Origin: Mobula birostris
Taxonomy: Eukaryota
Length of the DNA stretch: 64,000 nucleotides
Reading direction: 5' to 3'
Assembly: GCF_030028105.1 (NCBI RefSeq)
Contig: NC_092399.1
Location: 13,330,001 to 13,394,000 of the forward strand
The notes below the pieces were generated by a model. It was not told the DNA's origin and made no database searches. It saw nothing but the letters and a program-made list of their open reading frames with translations. The position numbers were made by a program, and so were the translations under genes. Within the stretch, counting starts at the first letter, position 1, and the number at the start of each line of letters is the position of its first letter. This document shows positions 62,745-64,000 of this stretch, piece after piece.

Positions 62745-64000
62745 CACTCCAACCAATGCCCTCTCTTAACCTGCTCCCTTCCAACTTGATAACTGGATAG
62801 CGGTCAGCGCGACGCGATTCCAGCACGGGGTGTCGGAAGTTTGGAGTTCCACCCTGGCGTCCTCTGAAAGAAGTCTGTACGCGTGGAACGTCTGGGTTTC
62901 CTCCGGCTGCTTCAGTTTCCTCTCGCGGTCCAATGACCTGCCAATGTAGTTGTTCAGCGATTAGGTTAGTTGGGGTGCTGGGAGGGCCAATCGACCGTTC
63001 AATCAATCATTGACCACTTGTGGATGCTGACCCCTTTCTCCGGGCGCTGTTTAATTTCTTTGTTCGGGTCGCTTCCAAAGTTCTCGAACTTTCCTAAAGT
63101 TTGCCGAGAATGAAGTGCTGGGGCAAAAGGTTGCTGCCCAACGCAGGTGGGTTAGGCTTCTCCACCAGGACACTGTGTGGCTGATTGTGACCTGGTGCAG
63201 TCAGACAAGCTGCTGGAGGAAGGGAAGGGTTCGGTAAGGGGCCGTGTCTGCTAGGGTGCCCAGGGAGCAACTCCCAGCTGAACCTCAGCGAGGAGCAGCG
63301 TATTAGACATCTGTACTTTGGTAAGGCTGCCACCTTCTTCAGCCATAATGCACCTCCCCTCGCAGAGGTGAAGAATGCCCTTAATTAGCCCAGGCTAATT
63401 TTAAGTGGTACTAATTCCTCATACCGTTGGCCCCCCGCTGACACATGCAGCCACACAACAGCACAATTAACGCTGGCTGAATTCTGTGGCCATCGTAATT
63501 AGCAGATGGCACGGAATTGGGTTAATCTCGCATCCAATTCCTTGCACCAGCTCTCAGGGGAGTTACTGAATTTAATGTGTGTGCGCGCGTGTGTGTGTTT
63601 TAACCAATACCTATTGAAAACAGGCCTTTAACCTATTGCAAGTGCATCTTTGTCTCGGTTTAAGACAACGAGATGAAATGTGGGCGCATGGAAGAGCAAG
63701 CGTTGAGAACCAGCTCCAAAGTTTTAGGTGCAATCCTTTCAAAACGAGAAGAAAATTTTCCGCATTGCAATGTCTCTTTGAGTAATATGGCACATTTAGC
63801 TAAGTACAGTAAATATCTGTGTATGTACTCCTTTGATTTGAGGGCATAATAACTAAAGACTCCTCAGAGAGAATTTTATGTCATACTGAAGTACGATTTA
63901 CTTGCACAGTCAGGATAATAGCCGTTTGTCCAGACTTAGATCACTACCTCAGTTGCCTTCCCACGGTGCCCTGTGGGCATCGGGAAATAAGAGTGGGTTG

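Noticed and set aside
1-64000. Exons of the expected syntenic neighbours CLSPN and PSMB2
   Set aside because: No recognisable peptide found; short exons could be missed without TBLASTN.

Overview
Eukaryotic, repeat-rich vertebrate genomic DNA. The repeat set (CR1/HER1-like LINEs, HE1-like V-SINEs, Deu-core SINEs, Rex1-like LINEs, Penelope-like elements) points to a cartilaginous fish, probably a ray (inference). One host gene is recognisable: C1orf216 (UPF0500), with a single coding exon at 18376-19179 (+) and probable upstream non-coding exons. Most other ORFs in the track are transposon fragments or spurious. The most notable signal is about 17 copies of a minimal type I hammerhead ribozyme motif (AGTC-CTGAnGA-A-GGGTCTCGGCCC-GAAA-C-GTC-GACT) in Penelope pseudo-LTRs. 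They occur at the 3' end of an RT/GIY-YIG element, as a 130-bp solo unit with a target-site duplication (TSD), as fold-back palindromes, and as a composite in which two inverted ribozyme units bracket an inverted copy of nearby genomic DNA (49288-49767). Also present: Chapaev3-, Tigger-, Tc1- and hAT-type DNA transposon relics, solo LTRs and candidate enhancers. All calls were made by eye, without database searches, so boundaries are approximate.
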